A stretch of 62,233 nucleotides of DNA, counting the filler, from Choristocarpus tenellus KU-1152 (Eukaryota > Protista > Phaeophyceae): the NCBI GenBank assembly GCA_964200185.2. It is 13 parts of 13 records of this genome, joined end to end, with 100 filler letters (N's around TTAATTAATTAA, not from the genome) between each part and the next. Parts side by side here need not be neighbours in the genome. Positions count along the whole stretch, not along the records: positions 36,261 to 42,365 come from CAXNAD020008923.1; positions 42,466 to 48,855 come from CAXNAD020008238.1; positions 48,956 to 52,651 come from CAXNAD020018452.1; positions 52,752 to 56,598 come from CAXNAD020017594.1; 9 more parts are not named here. One strand, 5' to 3'. Positions 41,101 to 53,477 of this stretch are shown here, piece after piece. The notes under the pieces were generated by a model. The model saw nothing but the letters and a program-made list of their open reading frames with translations, was not told where the DNA came from and did no database searches. The position numbers and the translations under genes were made by a program. The number at the start of each line of letters is the position of its first letter. Position 1 is the stretch's first letter.

Positions 41101-42059
41101 CTGTGTGTCGAGATTCTTTTGAAGATAGTACACTGATGTTCCTTCCACATAATACTTTTCGTCAATTGATTTGGAGTGTACTAGTCCCACATGTTTCGCC
41201 CAGGGTGACCTCACATTCCCCACAAAAAAATAACGTTTGTTATTTAGGGTTGATAAATGAGTAGTCGAATCTTGGTGTAACTGGGGCTTTGGAGCTATAG
41301 AAGAAAAAGTTATCTGTGCAATGGTTATGAAAGATCTACAGTTGTTCAAGTATGGTTCTTCAACAGGGCTCAATCAAGGCCTTTGCAGAATGCTCTTTGT
41401 GTTCCTTTGTTGTTTGAGTATGGACTGTGATGCCGCGTTTTGTCTTTCATAAAATTTACACTCCTTCAAGATCATCCCAGTCACTGAAAGTTAGGTTGCT
41501 GACCATTGAACATGATATAAATTACTTTGCTACTCTGTGACCAACTCTCTAGGAGCAGATATTTGCTTGTTATGCAAGGTTGAAAGGTCTCTTTCGAGTA
41601 ATCTAGACTTTTCTTCATTGCTAAAAATGCTACTGTAAGGACCTCCATGCGCAAAGTGTAGAATTCCATGTCGAGACATTAGGGTGAAATCCTGTAGGTA
41701 CCATCATACTAAGACTAATCATAATCCCTGTTTTTCGTGGAGTCCGCCACCGTTGTCTCTGCTGCACTATGATTGCGACAGGTATCTCCTTGACGGAGCT
41801 TGATATCATTTAAGGAGTTTTTCTACACCCCGATATCGTTTTTTTTTCGTGTTCATATTTCTACTTGCAGGTAGCGGTGCTGCTGGCCTTATTCATCAGA
41901 CCATTGCTAGTGGTGCAATCACAGTCTTTGGGTACAAGTGAAGTCACAGCCAAGATGTACCGCAATATCATAGTGCGCAACATAATCTGCACAGCAGGGA
42001 TTATGTTGGCCTTGACAGTGAGCACCACGGCAACTGTGATTATTGAAACTGATTCTGAT
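38184..42059 (+). CDS. 7TM GPCR-like membrane protein (TM1-TM6; last exon not on this contig)
   Basis: Phase-matched exons 38184-38407, 38505-38826, 39660-39755 and 41871-42059 give six hydrophobic helices. RTIHLHLF before TM2, Cys at the top of TM3 (SCKV), Cys in ECL2 (GECG), TM5 ending LFIRPL, and basic ICL3 (KMYRNIIVRN). Confidence 0.75.
39389..39565 (+). mobile_element. MITE family B (intronic)
   Basis: Full TIRs; TTCC/TTCC 4-bp TSD. Confidence 0.92.
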
Positions 42060-42339
42060 GTGAGTCATAGATATAGTAGACAATGGCCCTCGTGAAGTAC
42101 TACTGTCTGTGTAGTAATTTGGTTTATCAGGCACTGTGCACACCAATGCTCCAAACTTTCCTTAGTCTAAGTACAGCATGTCTGAGCTAACCCTTCTAAA
42201 AGATCACCCTAAGCCCATGTGTTCGGCCTACGAATATTGGTTGAGTCCTTATCCCAATGTCAACAATAGGTTTTCAAGCAGCCTTCGTTTCCCCATCGAA
42301 CTATGCATGTTACAGTCTGTTTCAGTGTGGTCGTGCTTT

Positions 42340-42631
42340 GACCCAAAGTATCTGGGAGGGGGGGGNNNNNNNNNNNNNNNNNNNNNNNNNNNNNNNNNNN
42401 NNNNNNNNNTTAATTAATTAANNNNNNNNNNNNNNNNNNNNNNNNNNNNNNNNNNNNNNNNNNNNGGGGGGGGGGGGAGGGTCTACACCTGGGTGTCCCT
42501 TTGGACCATAACCAGGAAAAGTGCACTTACGTTATGCATCCGGCGTATGCAACCAAATCACACAAAAATCGCGACATGAAAAAGTTGGCTCCAAATGGAC
42601 AGCCGCCACCCCCCACCAGATACTTTGAGCC
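42340..42631 (+). mobile_element. MITE family B halves on either side of a linker
   Basis: Left end at 42340-42365, remainder at 42466-42631. Flanks CTTT and TCTC do not match, so these are probably two different copies. Confidence 0.75.
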
Positions 42632-44789
42632 TCTCTCAACCTGTTATTGGCCAATATGCTATTGATAGCATTGATGGACATAGACCTGGTCCTGGTCGTC
42701 GTTCGTCCACTATTGTTATCTGTCGCCTTCGTCTTTGTGGTTATGGGCCGTCTTGTGATCTTCACAAAAAAATAGAACAGACCCCACAATGCCGTGAAAT
42801 AATTGCAGCATATCGTGCAGTAAATGGATTGGATAACCAGTAAAACTCTCGTCCCTCGTGGTGTTGACTTGAGAATTCGTATTTACTGTTATCATACTCC
42901 TTTGCATAGTATGCATATACCATCCATTGCCGTCATGTCGTAACCTATCGTTTCAGTAAAGAGATTATCGTGTGTTACGTGTGGTACAGATAATTGTCAA
43001 TTTTTTGGTTTGTTTGTTTGATTGGTTGTTTATATACTTATTTTCAAGACTACTCTCTCTTGGTCAGATCTCGTGGTACCCACATACCATAATCCTTTAC
43101 ATAGGTTGTCCATCTAGTTTAGACAAATCGTTTGTGTGTCATTTGTCATAGATGGGTATAGTCTATCGTTTTGTGAAGAGATGAGATAACTGGTAACAGA
43201 TGTCAGTTAACCTGTTCACGACCAGCTCTGACGCGGCATCTCGTGTTTACCAGGTTTATCAATCCTTGCAAATAGATTATACATAAATGTTGGTGGATTT
43301 AGATAAATTAATATACAATTAATTTTATCTCTCAACGCTCCTCGTTTGCATAAGTGGACACATGCGGTGGTGAAGAGACGGTTATCACCGGGCACATTAA
43401 TATATTAGCTTGTGTGTGCTAAAGGTGGCTGTTCATTACATCATGTCACGTTTTCATGAAATGGATTAATTGATCATCATGAAATGACTAATCCCATCCT
43501 AAAACAGAAAATAATTGAAGATTCAAGTCTACCACCAGGTAAGAGGTGGAGACTCCAGGTGAGTCGTACATGTTACTCATTTATTTTTTTCGTGCGGCAT
43601 GATTCCCCTGACATGATGTAATGACCGTACAGTCATCTTTTATCGTTTTAGGAGAGTCGAGCCACTAACATCGTACGTCCGATTTGTCCACTTGGAATAT
43701 TGTAGTGTTCGTCGCGAACAATATTCTAATCAAAGTCAGAATTGAGGAAGGAGAATGGGTGCACATATTTGATCTCGTCGTTTGCTGTGTTGATTTGATT
43801 GCGTTACACGCGATGTTGTTTTCGTACATCGGAGTGGTGATCAAATCATCGTATAACACCCGAATAGCAATGTCAAATCACAACCACTAGTCAAATCGGT
43901 TGTTGACATCGTATATAGTGTTTGCTCCTCGTATCCTCATTCTGAGCGTATCCTCTGTTTTATGCAAGATACTAGAGACCCTATATGCTGGCCACATATA
44001 CCTCTCGCCTCGTCTTTAGGCTGGTTGATATGCTGATCCCATACTCTCAGACCTTGTAAGCTTGATTGGTGTGCTGATCACACACCGTCAACCCTAGGCC
44101 AATGTTTTCCTGATCAGATATTCAATGTGTGCCTCGTTTACATTTTACCCTTCATTTTGTATTGATGGAGTCGTGTAATACAATGGTGCAATAGTATACT
44201 AACAGTCACACATCTTTCCCATTTCGCTCCCAGAGCTCACTTTTTGGTTGACCTTAAATCATGTTTACATAGCTTCATGGCCGATCAGAAGGGGGGGTGA
44301 TGTGGAAAGCATGTTTGTCTGTTGTTATACCGTCATTTCCGTATGCCATATACGGTTATACCGTTGTACCGATTGAGGTTCCCAATCAAGCATCCATGAT
44401 TCCACTGGCGGACCTTCTGTCAGAATGAAACCATGGAGTCTCTTCACGTGACCAATCCCCCAGACTTGGGACAGAGCTCGTCATTCAGAGTTGTCACACA
44501 TGGAAGATCCACTTTGTTCTCACGCATTGACTGGTGGTGATGAAGCTCCATCTTTGATGATGCTCATCACTTCTCAATTTGAACTTGACCAACCTTAACC
44601 TCATACCCTCAGTTACGGTTCGTCCTCGTTCGTTTGGTCTGTCTTGCCCGGTGATTCTCTTCACCACCCTTGCCTGAGTGACAGAATCACATGATTCACA
44701 TACACCCTCGAACATTTTGGAGATGTGTCAACAGTTGTTAGAAATGTGAAAAACATTTATCTATTTATTATTTTACTACCACCTATGCT

Positions 44790-45335
44790 GTACCACTGCC
44801 TTGCTGTGCCTCCAACCCAGCTTATTCCTACACCCCAGGGTGAGGAGCTAGGGAAGCATCCCAAGAATCTAACAAGCCCCTCCTTGCCCATCTCCCTGGT
44901 GTCTCCAGCTTATAACGCATGACATGTCTAGACACAACCAAGAGAGACTATTCAGTCGTAGCCGCGATTTTACTGCCCCCTTTCCTATTGTAGCCTCCAG
45001 TCCTCTCCCCCCTACCGCGTGCATAGCTAGTTCATCCGAGGAAACTCTCTGCTTGCTTTCCGAGCTGCCCAAAAGTTTCCACCGCGAAGGGTGTTGAGGA
45101 TTTAATTACGAGGATCAAAAGAGCTCTCGTAGTGGGTGCGCTTTCGCGCCTCACCTGCAGCAGCAGCTACACCATTGCTGGTGGATGAGTACGGCAAGTG
45201 AGATACCGCCTACACTTCAGCAAACGTAAGGTCTAGGAGGAGGCATTTGCCTCGGTAGGGAGCTGATCCTGCGTCCATGAGTGCATCAGCACGGAAGATG
45301 AGATTCGTGTAGAAATCCCTGTATAGAGTAAATGG
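44790..45335 (-). mobile_element. Second, more decayed copy of the CRE-type RLE fragment
   Basis: Colinear with 36768-37226 (LLLDLTFAEV..SSTSNGVAAAAGEARKRTHYESSFDPR), with a stop and a frameshift. Confidence 0.8.
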
Positions 45336-46142
45336 GTTGTCGTCGTTCATGATGGAGACTGAATAAACTCACAAACACTTGCAAGAAAAGCAATTCCTGT
45401 GCCACACTGCCAAGGGCTATATACTCACTCTCGGTTGAAGGCAGACCTACAACTGTTTGAGCCTTTGACATCCAAAATAATGCTCCTCCGGCAAACAATA
45501 TTGCTCCTCCAGTCACAGATCTACGATCTCCAGCATAACTAGCATTAGCATGTGCACTCAACTCACACTCAGTTTCAAAACCACCAAAACTCAATCTAAC
45601 ACTGGGACACGTATTCAAAAATGCTAAAATGCACTTAACTGCACGCCAATATGTAAATTTGAGATTACTACTGTACTTGGCAACCTCACGAACTTAATCT
45701 TCGATGTCTAGCCAAGTCATAACACAGCTGCCCACGTCAAACTACCATCTGCCTCTCTGTACGGTGTATTTTAATCAACACTTGGATGATCCTCATTCTT
45801 ATCTGAAGGGCTTGAGAGATCATGGGGTAACACCTTCTTCTTTGCCCCATCCATACCAAAACTTTAACAAATACTCTTGATGTACTTCTTCTGACTGATG
45901 CTGACAGTCTTTCGATTTTTTTCACGTGAAACCCTACAATCCATATAGTACTCGAGGTCACCAAACTCTTCTATAGAAAACTCCTCCTAATCTTGGAGTG
46001 AACCCAAACCAAAATATCATTTCTACCAGCTACCATAAGATCGTCAACGTGAGGGTCTATCACAGCACAAACAACGCCACCTCCTAAATAGCGCAACACG
46101 CAGGGATCTACCCTGCATTGCTCAAAACCACACTGTTCTCTC
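45336..46142 (-). mobile_element. Ty1/Copia RT-RNase H fragment
   Basis: GFEQCRVDPCV..HVDDLMVAG (RT) and ASYAGDRRSVTGG..WMSKAQTVV..STESEYIAL (RNase H). Confidence 0.88.
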
Positions 46143-46385
46143 AGGGGTACACATTGAACGCCTCCATTGTGGCCTCCACCAGCTCCTCTGTATTGGTCAC
46201 CCTCACGTCTTCCTTCAGTTGCTGGATGGAATGATGAAATAATCCCAGGTCGTTCACGTTGAGGTCAGGTGAGTTGACTAGCTGGGTCTCTATAACATAT
46301 TCGTCCCCTGCCTCCGTACTACTACCACCTGTGTAGTATGCCAGCCTGTCAATTTTTTTGCTGACAAAATGGGGGGCTCATCTAT
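46143..46385 (-). mobile_element. Tc1/mariner (plant-mariner DD39D-like) transposase fragment
   Basis: Minus-strand translation ETQLVNSPDLNVNDLGLFHHSIQQLK..EELVEATMEAF matches the QP.NSPDLN.LDLG.F motif. Confidence 0.75.
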
Positions 46386-46444
46386 GTCTCTCTGGCCTAG
46401 CAAACGTACGTGATCGGAGACTAAGGAATTTGTTGCTAACTTCA

Positions 46445-48778
46445 GTCTTCACCCATCTTCGAACCATCGGGGCTCTACCAATATGCTATCATCTACATAC
46501 ATTCTGGCAAAAAAAGGGTCCTCTACCCCCCCCCTCTCTACCTCCTGCACATTCCATGTCTCATCTATGGCACTAACCTCCCTCCTGCCCTTCTGCTGCT
46601 TTGAGTGTGTTACACCTACAGCAATCCTTTCTGTTTCTTTGAGAACTACTGTTGACTTGGGGTCTGTATGACAGTGTGAAATTCTAGGGCACTTGCCAAT
46701 AAATCCCACCACCCAGGGCTATTCCTCCACCCAAATTGGAGTCTAAAGTCGATCACCAACAAATCTCCCACACAATACCCAAACTTTGCTGCCCCTTGTG
46801 GTTCTACTAGTACTTGGCGAAAATTATCTTTAACGCCCATCATACTAATCATAATTCTCACCTCAGGGAATTTCTTCCTTAATCCTACAATCCTCCTAAT
46901 CACGTCTTCTAGAAATGTCCCACAATGTACTAGGGGGGCGTCTAGCAACTCTGTTTTCTCATTCACACTCGACCCCCAACTTTCTTGCTCACACGACAGA
47001 TCATGAATGATCCTTACCTTCGTAGGTTCTTGGATTACTTCAACTGGGGACACCCGCTATCCTGGAACCTTCCCCCATATCCTTTTTGGAAACACTAAAT
47101 GCTCTACCCTGGGTCACGTCACTTACTACCTTTTCCAGGAGGGCCTTATTTCTGCTTCTTGTGCACTCATGTGGTTTCCATACTCTAGTCTCTCCTCAAC
47201 TCTGCCTGTTCCTTCGACGCACACTGGTACTCCCCTTTCTACTACCTGCTGGAGTTTATCTATCTGCGGGAATCCAACCTTTTCCCCCAAATGGTCATCA
47301 ATCTTCCCCCAGTTCAACCGTTTTGGACTCCACCTATCCCCCAACCTATCCACTAGTGTTCCCAATTCCCCCCCACACCCTCCTAGTAATGTTTCCCCCT
47401 TCATTGCCAAGTCATTCAATCCCTTCACTAGCATTACCCAATCCTTTTCTTCTTTCCATTTCTCCCATGCCCTCAACTAATCTTCAATTCATCACTCTTT
47501 CCCCCTTCCCTTCCCCCTCTACCTTTTATTGTCTGGTGCATTGACCCTGGCGTTGGAATCCCTGACGTCCCCTGCCTGTGTTGTGGTAGTACTGACGTCC
47601 ATTGGTCTCGTCCTTCCGGCCCAGCCCCGGGAGGGGTGGGCCCGCGTCTTCATGGTGTCTGTCTGGTCTTCCTTTCCCTTTTCTTCTTCACCTTCTTGGA
47701 AGTGGTCGTATTTGCAGTATCCATTCCTTTTTAGGAAATCGCATTCCTGTCCCGCCTTCCACGCAAAGCACGGGTTGTACGTCCTTCCCCCCCCCTTTGA
47801 AACTCCTGCCCTATTTCTCTCATCTGGTCTGGGGGACTTTGACGCTCTTGTCTCCCCCCATGTCCCTGCCCTCTTCATTGACCGGGAGCAAGACTCAAGT
47901 GCTGTACAGGGCAGGTAGCATATTGTTGACCTGACCCAGCATCGTCTCTAGCATGGGAAGCGAGGGCTCGGAGGGAGTGGTATCCACGTTTCATGGGGTG
48001 GCGGGGAGTTAAAATTGTTCCCTATGATATCTGCCGCTGCTGCTATTTGTTTCTCCCAGCACTGGAGATCCTCCCCCACTGCTCTGAAAATCAGTTTGAC
48101 AATCCGAGGACTCTCTAACAACGTGGGTTTATTGACACCATAAAACATTCGTACCTTGCATCTGGCCGCTTCGAAATCCTCTATCACTCTTGCTGTCCTC
48201 CTCTACCCTTGATTCCAACTATCCACATACCTGCATGACCTCACCATTGCTGCCACGAAACAATTGAAATTGTCTGGTAATTCGTAGTCCCCCTTGCATG
48301 TTTTCATCCCCAGCTCCCCCCTCGATATGTAGTCCTTGATCGTAAAGGCTGCCAAGTTTTCTAGCTGTTTTGCCACCTTTTCCGTCACATCCGTTGTCTC
48401 GTCCACTATCCGTTATAGCCCGTACTGGGTCGCTCTGGCATTCCCCGTTTTAATAATTAAGTGAATGAATCCGAGGAGTACGAAGTACTTCTTCACCTCG
48501 ACCCTGCTCCATGCTTGGATCTTTGACTTCTCTTTGATCCTTTCTGCCATTGTTGTTGATGATATCGAATTTCTTTCCACTGTCGATCTGGCTCCCCCTC
48601 CCATCCCTCTGTCTTCCCTCCCCCCATTCTTTTTTTTTGTATGACATAATCCTTGCAAGATCTCAATCATACTGTCCATTCTCTCGGTTAGCTCTTTTTA
48701 TCTCGTTGCTCTGGACCTGGGGTTGGCTGTGGTCGATTTCTCTCCTGTTTTCTATTTCGTCTTCTCCTTCTTCCACTA
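46445..48778 (-). mobile_element. Ngaro/DIRS-like retrotransposon, gag plus RT, 3'-truncated
   Basis: Gag with a CCCH finger CFAWKAGQECDFLKRNGYCKYDH. RT motifs KVRIIHDLS, SVN, FRQV, LQFGWRNSPGWW and YVDD. RNase H and tyrosine recombinase are not present. Confidence 0.8.
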
Positions 48779-49003
48779 GACCCAAAGTATCTGGGAGGGG
48801 GAGGGGGATCTAGACCAGGGTGTCCATTTGGATCAAAATCAGGAAAAGTGCCTTTNNNNNNNNNNNNNNNNNNNNNNNNNNNNNNNNNNNNNNNNNNNNT
48901 TAATTAATTAANNNNNNNNNNNNNNNNNNNNNNNNNNNNNNNNNNNNNNNNNNNNTTCCGTTCTGACAGTCGCCACCCCCCCCCCCCCGAGATACTTTGA
49001 GCC
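48779..49003 (+). mobile_element. MITE family B halves on either side of a linker
   Basis: Left part 48779-48855, right end 48956-49003; flanks ACTA and TTGG do not match. Confidence 0.7.
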
Positions 49004-49009
49004 TTGGCT

Positions 49010-50412
49010 CATCATATGCGCGTGATTGATGTGGACCAAGCGCCTCAATCATTGACCCATCACAAGGACTGGTGTCATCAATATTGGGATACTTCACACC
49101 AGAAGGGTGAGCAGAACCGGTATTCATTGAAGCATTTGGGTGGGTCTTTCGTGGGGGTCACGTACTACCTATGGCACTCAGTGACGGAAGTGTGTTAAAT
49201 GGAACGTGAAAATGTGAAGAGCAAAACCTGATGCCCGTGTTGACTGGTGGCAAGGCAGAACATTCTAGCACCCTCCGATGCACTGTCTGCTTTATTTGTC
49301 CGCACCTAGAACCATGCTAAAATAAATGTGTTGGTACGTACGTAGAACCCTCTGCACAAATACATCTTTTTGCTGTTTTGCTTGGCAAGAACATTCACAC
49401 ACCTCCCTCAAGAAGTCGTAGGACTCAGAGCAGAGGTAGCCTTTCACATGCTCCTCAAATGCCGCATCAAACCTTGGCTCACCACTGATCTTGCGGACAT
49501 CTGCCCACCTGGATAAGAAATTGGAACCACACATCAGTCCATAGTGATTGCAGTTGTCATTTGAAACATGACAATAGTTGCTGTTCTCTTTTGCACCACC
49601 TAACAATATGGCAGTGCCTCCAAGTTCGAAGGTGGAGATTGGCTTGAATGGCTAGTAGTAGTAGCTATGTCAAACGTTCCAGTGCAGTATTCTCTAACTC
49701 CTTTCTGCAGGACTTCACAGTGCGCAATAACTTTCAGCAAATAAATGTGATAAAATCTGCAACAATGAAACCAACATCCACAGACATTGGCTAGCATAAA
49801 ACTTGGTACTTTGGAAGTACATTTTTCCTCCTTGCGATTTGCAAGCCCACCCCACCACTTCTGACTTGTGCATTTTGCAAGTATGTGTTTGGCGTGTGCA
49901 TGTTCCCATCTAAAAATGCGTTACAACAAACTTGTTCATGTCTGAGATTGGTGTGCTGAAATAATGGGAAACTGAAGTTGGGTCCCAACCGCCGGTACTG
50001 GTCCTTAGGACAGCAAATAATGTATAGGTAAGAGTACTGCTCACTTCTCCTGCCAGTCCAGTCGATCTTTCTTAGGAGAACATATAATAAGGACCTTGGC
50101 ACTGTGGTGAAGGCGGTGATGTCGGTGGCAGCAGGACTTCCTGCGACGGGATTTTCCTTTGAAAGGTTCAGTCACAAACCTATAAAAAAAAAATGTCCGT
50201 GAAGGGGTAATGGAAGGGAGGAGCTCAGGTATGATAATGAGAATACAATGGTGGGTGCTTACAGTAACTCGTTCAATCATGCTACAATGACACTTTCGTG
50301 GACACTGAGAGCTGGTTGACGTGTAGGCAGAGACTCCTCCTGATTCGTTTTGAATAGTAAGTTTTGATCGATTAGGCCTCATATGTTCAAGAAATATGCA
50401 CGAGCAATGCAC
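49010..50412 (-). pseudogene. Broken Cys/His-rich coding remnant, possibly a CxC/SWIM-type transposase N-terminus
   Basis: Overlapping short Cys-rich ORFs (CCNAF..GTCTRQTHTCKMH; VCGCWFHCC; YGLMCGSNFLSRW..PRFDAAFEEHVKGY; CDGSMI). No diagnostic motif is certain. Confidence 0.25.
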
Positions 50413-51379
50413 AGCACCAACTTGTTGATACAGTCCACTGTGCAGGGATCTAAGCTTGATATATTTGTGACTCCTACGTCATAAAACTGTCTAAGAGATT
50501 ACATATCCTGGAGGGTGTAGTAGCTATATTCTTGCAAATTCGATTATTGCAAACACACTCACGTGAAGATACTGAGGATCATGAAGAGTGCGCTCACAGA
50601 AAAATTTGATCCGTGGGGTGATGTTGCAATGTTTAACCAATCAAGAACGCCGTACCCATAATAGAATACTGAGAGAGTTGCAGAGCAACGTAGGGGAGGA
50701 GGAGGCAGGCAGGCATGTTCAGGCAGGCGTACAGTTCGCTGTTGAGCTTGCTTGGAGGAGGCCAGGTGTAGTTGTCATTTTAAACCATCAAAGAGAATCA
50801 TTTAAAACCATTGAACGCAGCACGTTTCATTTATGTGAATGGCGATAAGGAGAAGCAAGGGAGTAGGGGCCCTAGTACCAAAACTAATATGTGCGATAGC
50901 AGGAAGCCTTCAGTTAACGAAGAGTCAGTGTTGTGCTTCCTTACTGGCAGATAACTTATCGTGCGCTCTACCCTCTCTGTGCCGGTTTGGCTGCTAATAG
51001 TAGACTAACCTGTGTGTGTTCTAATAGCTCATCTTGGCAGAATCGCCTTTTCTATGTTGTATATGCTTATATCAGCGCTGTATACTAGAGCCGGGTGGTC
51101 TTTATTTACTGCAACAGGTCAATTTTTCATGGCACCAGTATGACATCCTGATCCCTCATACCTTAATGGTCTATGTACCATCTTGTGAAAAACATACTTC
51201 ATGGGATGTGGTTGCAATTTGAGCTCAAGGTCTGACATGTCTTGATTATGAAGCTTCTTCAAAATGCTTCATAGTGGAAAAAAATATCAACCTCTGTTGC
51301 ATAAGTGGAGTGAGAATGTTCAGGTCTTCTACCAACCACTCGGGCATAATGCCCTTGGCAGTGTGGCATATGTATGCAC

Positions 51380-51639
51380 ACGTGAATTATCTTAGAGGGT
51401 ACGAGTTTTTTCCTGTTTGTCCATTTGGGGCTTGACTTCTCATGTGTTTTTTTAAATATATATTCCTACTCCAAACTGTTTCGGAGTAGGTAAAAATGTA
51501 TACGTTATGAAAAGGTGTGTCCGGAACAAGGATATTGACATCTCCTAACAAACACGATAGCCAAAATTACATCAAAATCGGAACGTTGGATTTTGACCCC
51601 CAAATGGATGCAACTCTACCCTGTAAGGTACTTCGGATC
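51380..51639 (-). mobile_element. MITE family A
   Basis: Body matches the other copies; termini are degenerate. Confidence 0.88.
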
Positions 51640-51993
51640 ATTTGCACTATTAACAATGTTGACCATTTCTGTGTTGGTTATGCTTTTTATGGGTACTCTC
51701 CCTAACCCTAAGTATACTGACAAGAGGTATCGCATGCGCTTTGACGTAAAATGATGCTGCAAAAACCACAAGTTTGGTGAGTAAGGGGGTGCAAACATTG
51801 TATCACAGATCAATGCTTTCAAGTGTCTCCCTGAATTAGCTGTGGAGGCATCATGTGACTACTAAAGAGGGTTAAACCTGTCTAGCATAAGCGATGGAGT
51901 CCACATAAGTAAGAACAACAGCACAGAGTGCAAGAATTCAGTGTAAGATGAGCGTTTTTTGGGAGAGAGAATTCAAACACATCTGTTACAGCA

Positions 51994-52258
51994 GAGTGAA
52001 AGTGAAAGTATCTTAGGGTTAGGGTACGAGATTTGCCTTGTTTTGTCCGTTTGGGGCTTGGCTTCCCACGAGTTTTTTTAATGATATTTTCTTCATCCAA
52101 AATATTTCGGATAAAGTAAATTGTATACGTTATGAAAATGTGTGTCCGGAACAAGGATATTGACATCTCCTAACAAACACAATAGCCAAAATTACATCAA
52201 AATCGGAACGTTGGATTTTGGTCCCCAAGTGGCTCTACCCTCTAAGATACTTTGGCTC
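51994..52258 (-). mobile_element. MITE family A with TTAGGGTTAGGG inside its TIR
   Basis: TIR reads TATCTTAGGGTTAGGGTACGAG instead of TATCTTAGAGGGTACGAG. Confidence 0.9.
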
Positions 52259-52761
52259 TTGTTCCATGTCACTTCAACCTCAACAAACATATTATACCTA
52301 GCATTTTGAGGGTACATTGAAGACTCCCCTGCCGTTCTCGGCATGAAGATACAGCATGTTGGTCTATCTATGAATGAAGAATTATGGGGATACTTGTTGT
52401 ATTCAATTATTTCCACCTAACCCTCCTCTACACACTGGTCAAAGTGCACTGACATTGCATTATATGATATGTGAAGAACTCAAGCTCTGATGAGAACCCC
52501 ATTGTTTTTTTCTATAAAATTAATATTAGACATATATATATAAATAACAAAATGCAATTTAGAGACCTGTCCGACAACCGACAATTACTACCCAGGATTG
52601 ACCCTTGTAACCCTCTACCTCTTCTCCCCCTCCCCCCCCCCCCCCCCCCCCNNNNNNNNNNNNNNNNNNNNNNNNNNNNNNNNNNNNNNNNNNNNTTAAT
52701 TAATTAANNNNNNNNNNNNNNNNNNNNNNNNNNNNNNNNNNNNNNNNNNNNTGCCAAAATT

Positions 52762-52943
52762 GGGCCAAAGTATCTTGGGGGGGGCGGGGGGGGGTCTACA
52801 CCAGGGTGTCTATTTGGACCAAAATCAGGAAAAGGGCATTTACATTATCCATCCGACGTATGCAACCTAATCACCCAAAAATTGCGACATCAACAAATTG
52901 ACCCCAAATGGACAGCCGCCATCCCCCTCCAATACTTTGAGCC
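52762..52943 (+). mobile_element. MITE family B
   Basis: Full length; AATT/AATT 4-bp TSD. Confidence 0.9.
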
Positions 52944-53477
52944 AATTTCAAGGGTCAACTGGCTCGTAGAAGCTCATTTCTTTGATGCATGAAGTGTACT
53001 TGCCTGTGTTCTTCTGTATTTTCGGGGTAGGTGTTCCGAGGTATATAGAGCCTTCTAATTGCACCAAACTGACCAGGAAGAAGCTTTATAGGTTCATCGG
53101 TTGATCCCTATGCTGAGTTGAGATGTATAGCCGCAACCCATCCCTCAGTATGTTCTTGCTGACTACATCATCTAGTGCTATCTAGTGTGTTAAGGGAAAA
53201 TCCTAGGGGTCTACAAGTCAGATAACTCGGTGAATGACATCCACTTGTAATTAGCATCACTCTTGCCCACATCGGTGAGGTTTATGACTTCTCATCAACA
53301 TGGGAGAAGCACAGCATGCACTGTTGAAAAATCACTAATTCATTGTAGAACTCTGCAGGAATTCTGTGCCAATTTCCCACCACCTCATCCAAAACTCTTT
53401 GATCATCAGTTGCGATGCTTAAAAAACATTAGGGTGGTGTTAAGTACTTTGCTAATAGCTCAGCCACACATCAATAC

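Noticed and set aside
39800-41700. Decayed transposase in the 7TM intron (TLFFCGECEVTLGETC resembles a piggyBac Cys-rich domain)
   Set aside because: One short motif with many stops; no TTAA/TIR or DDD core found.
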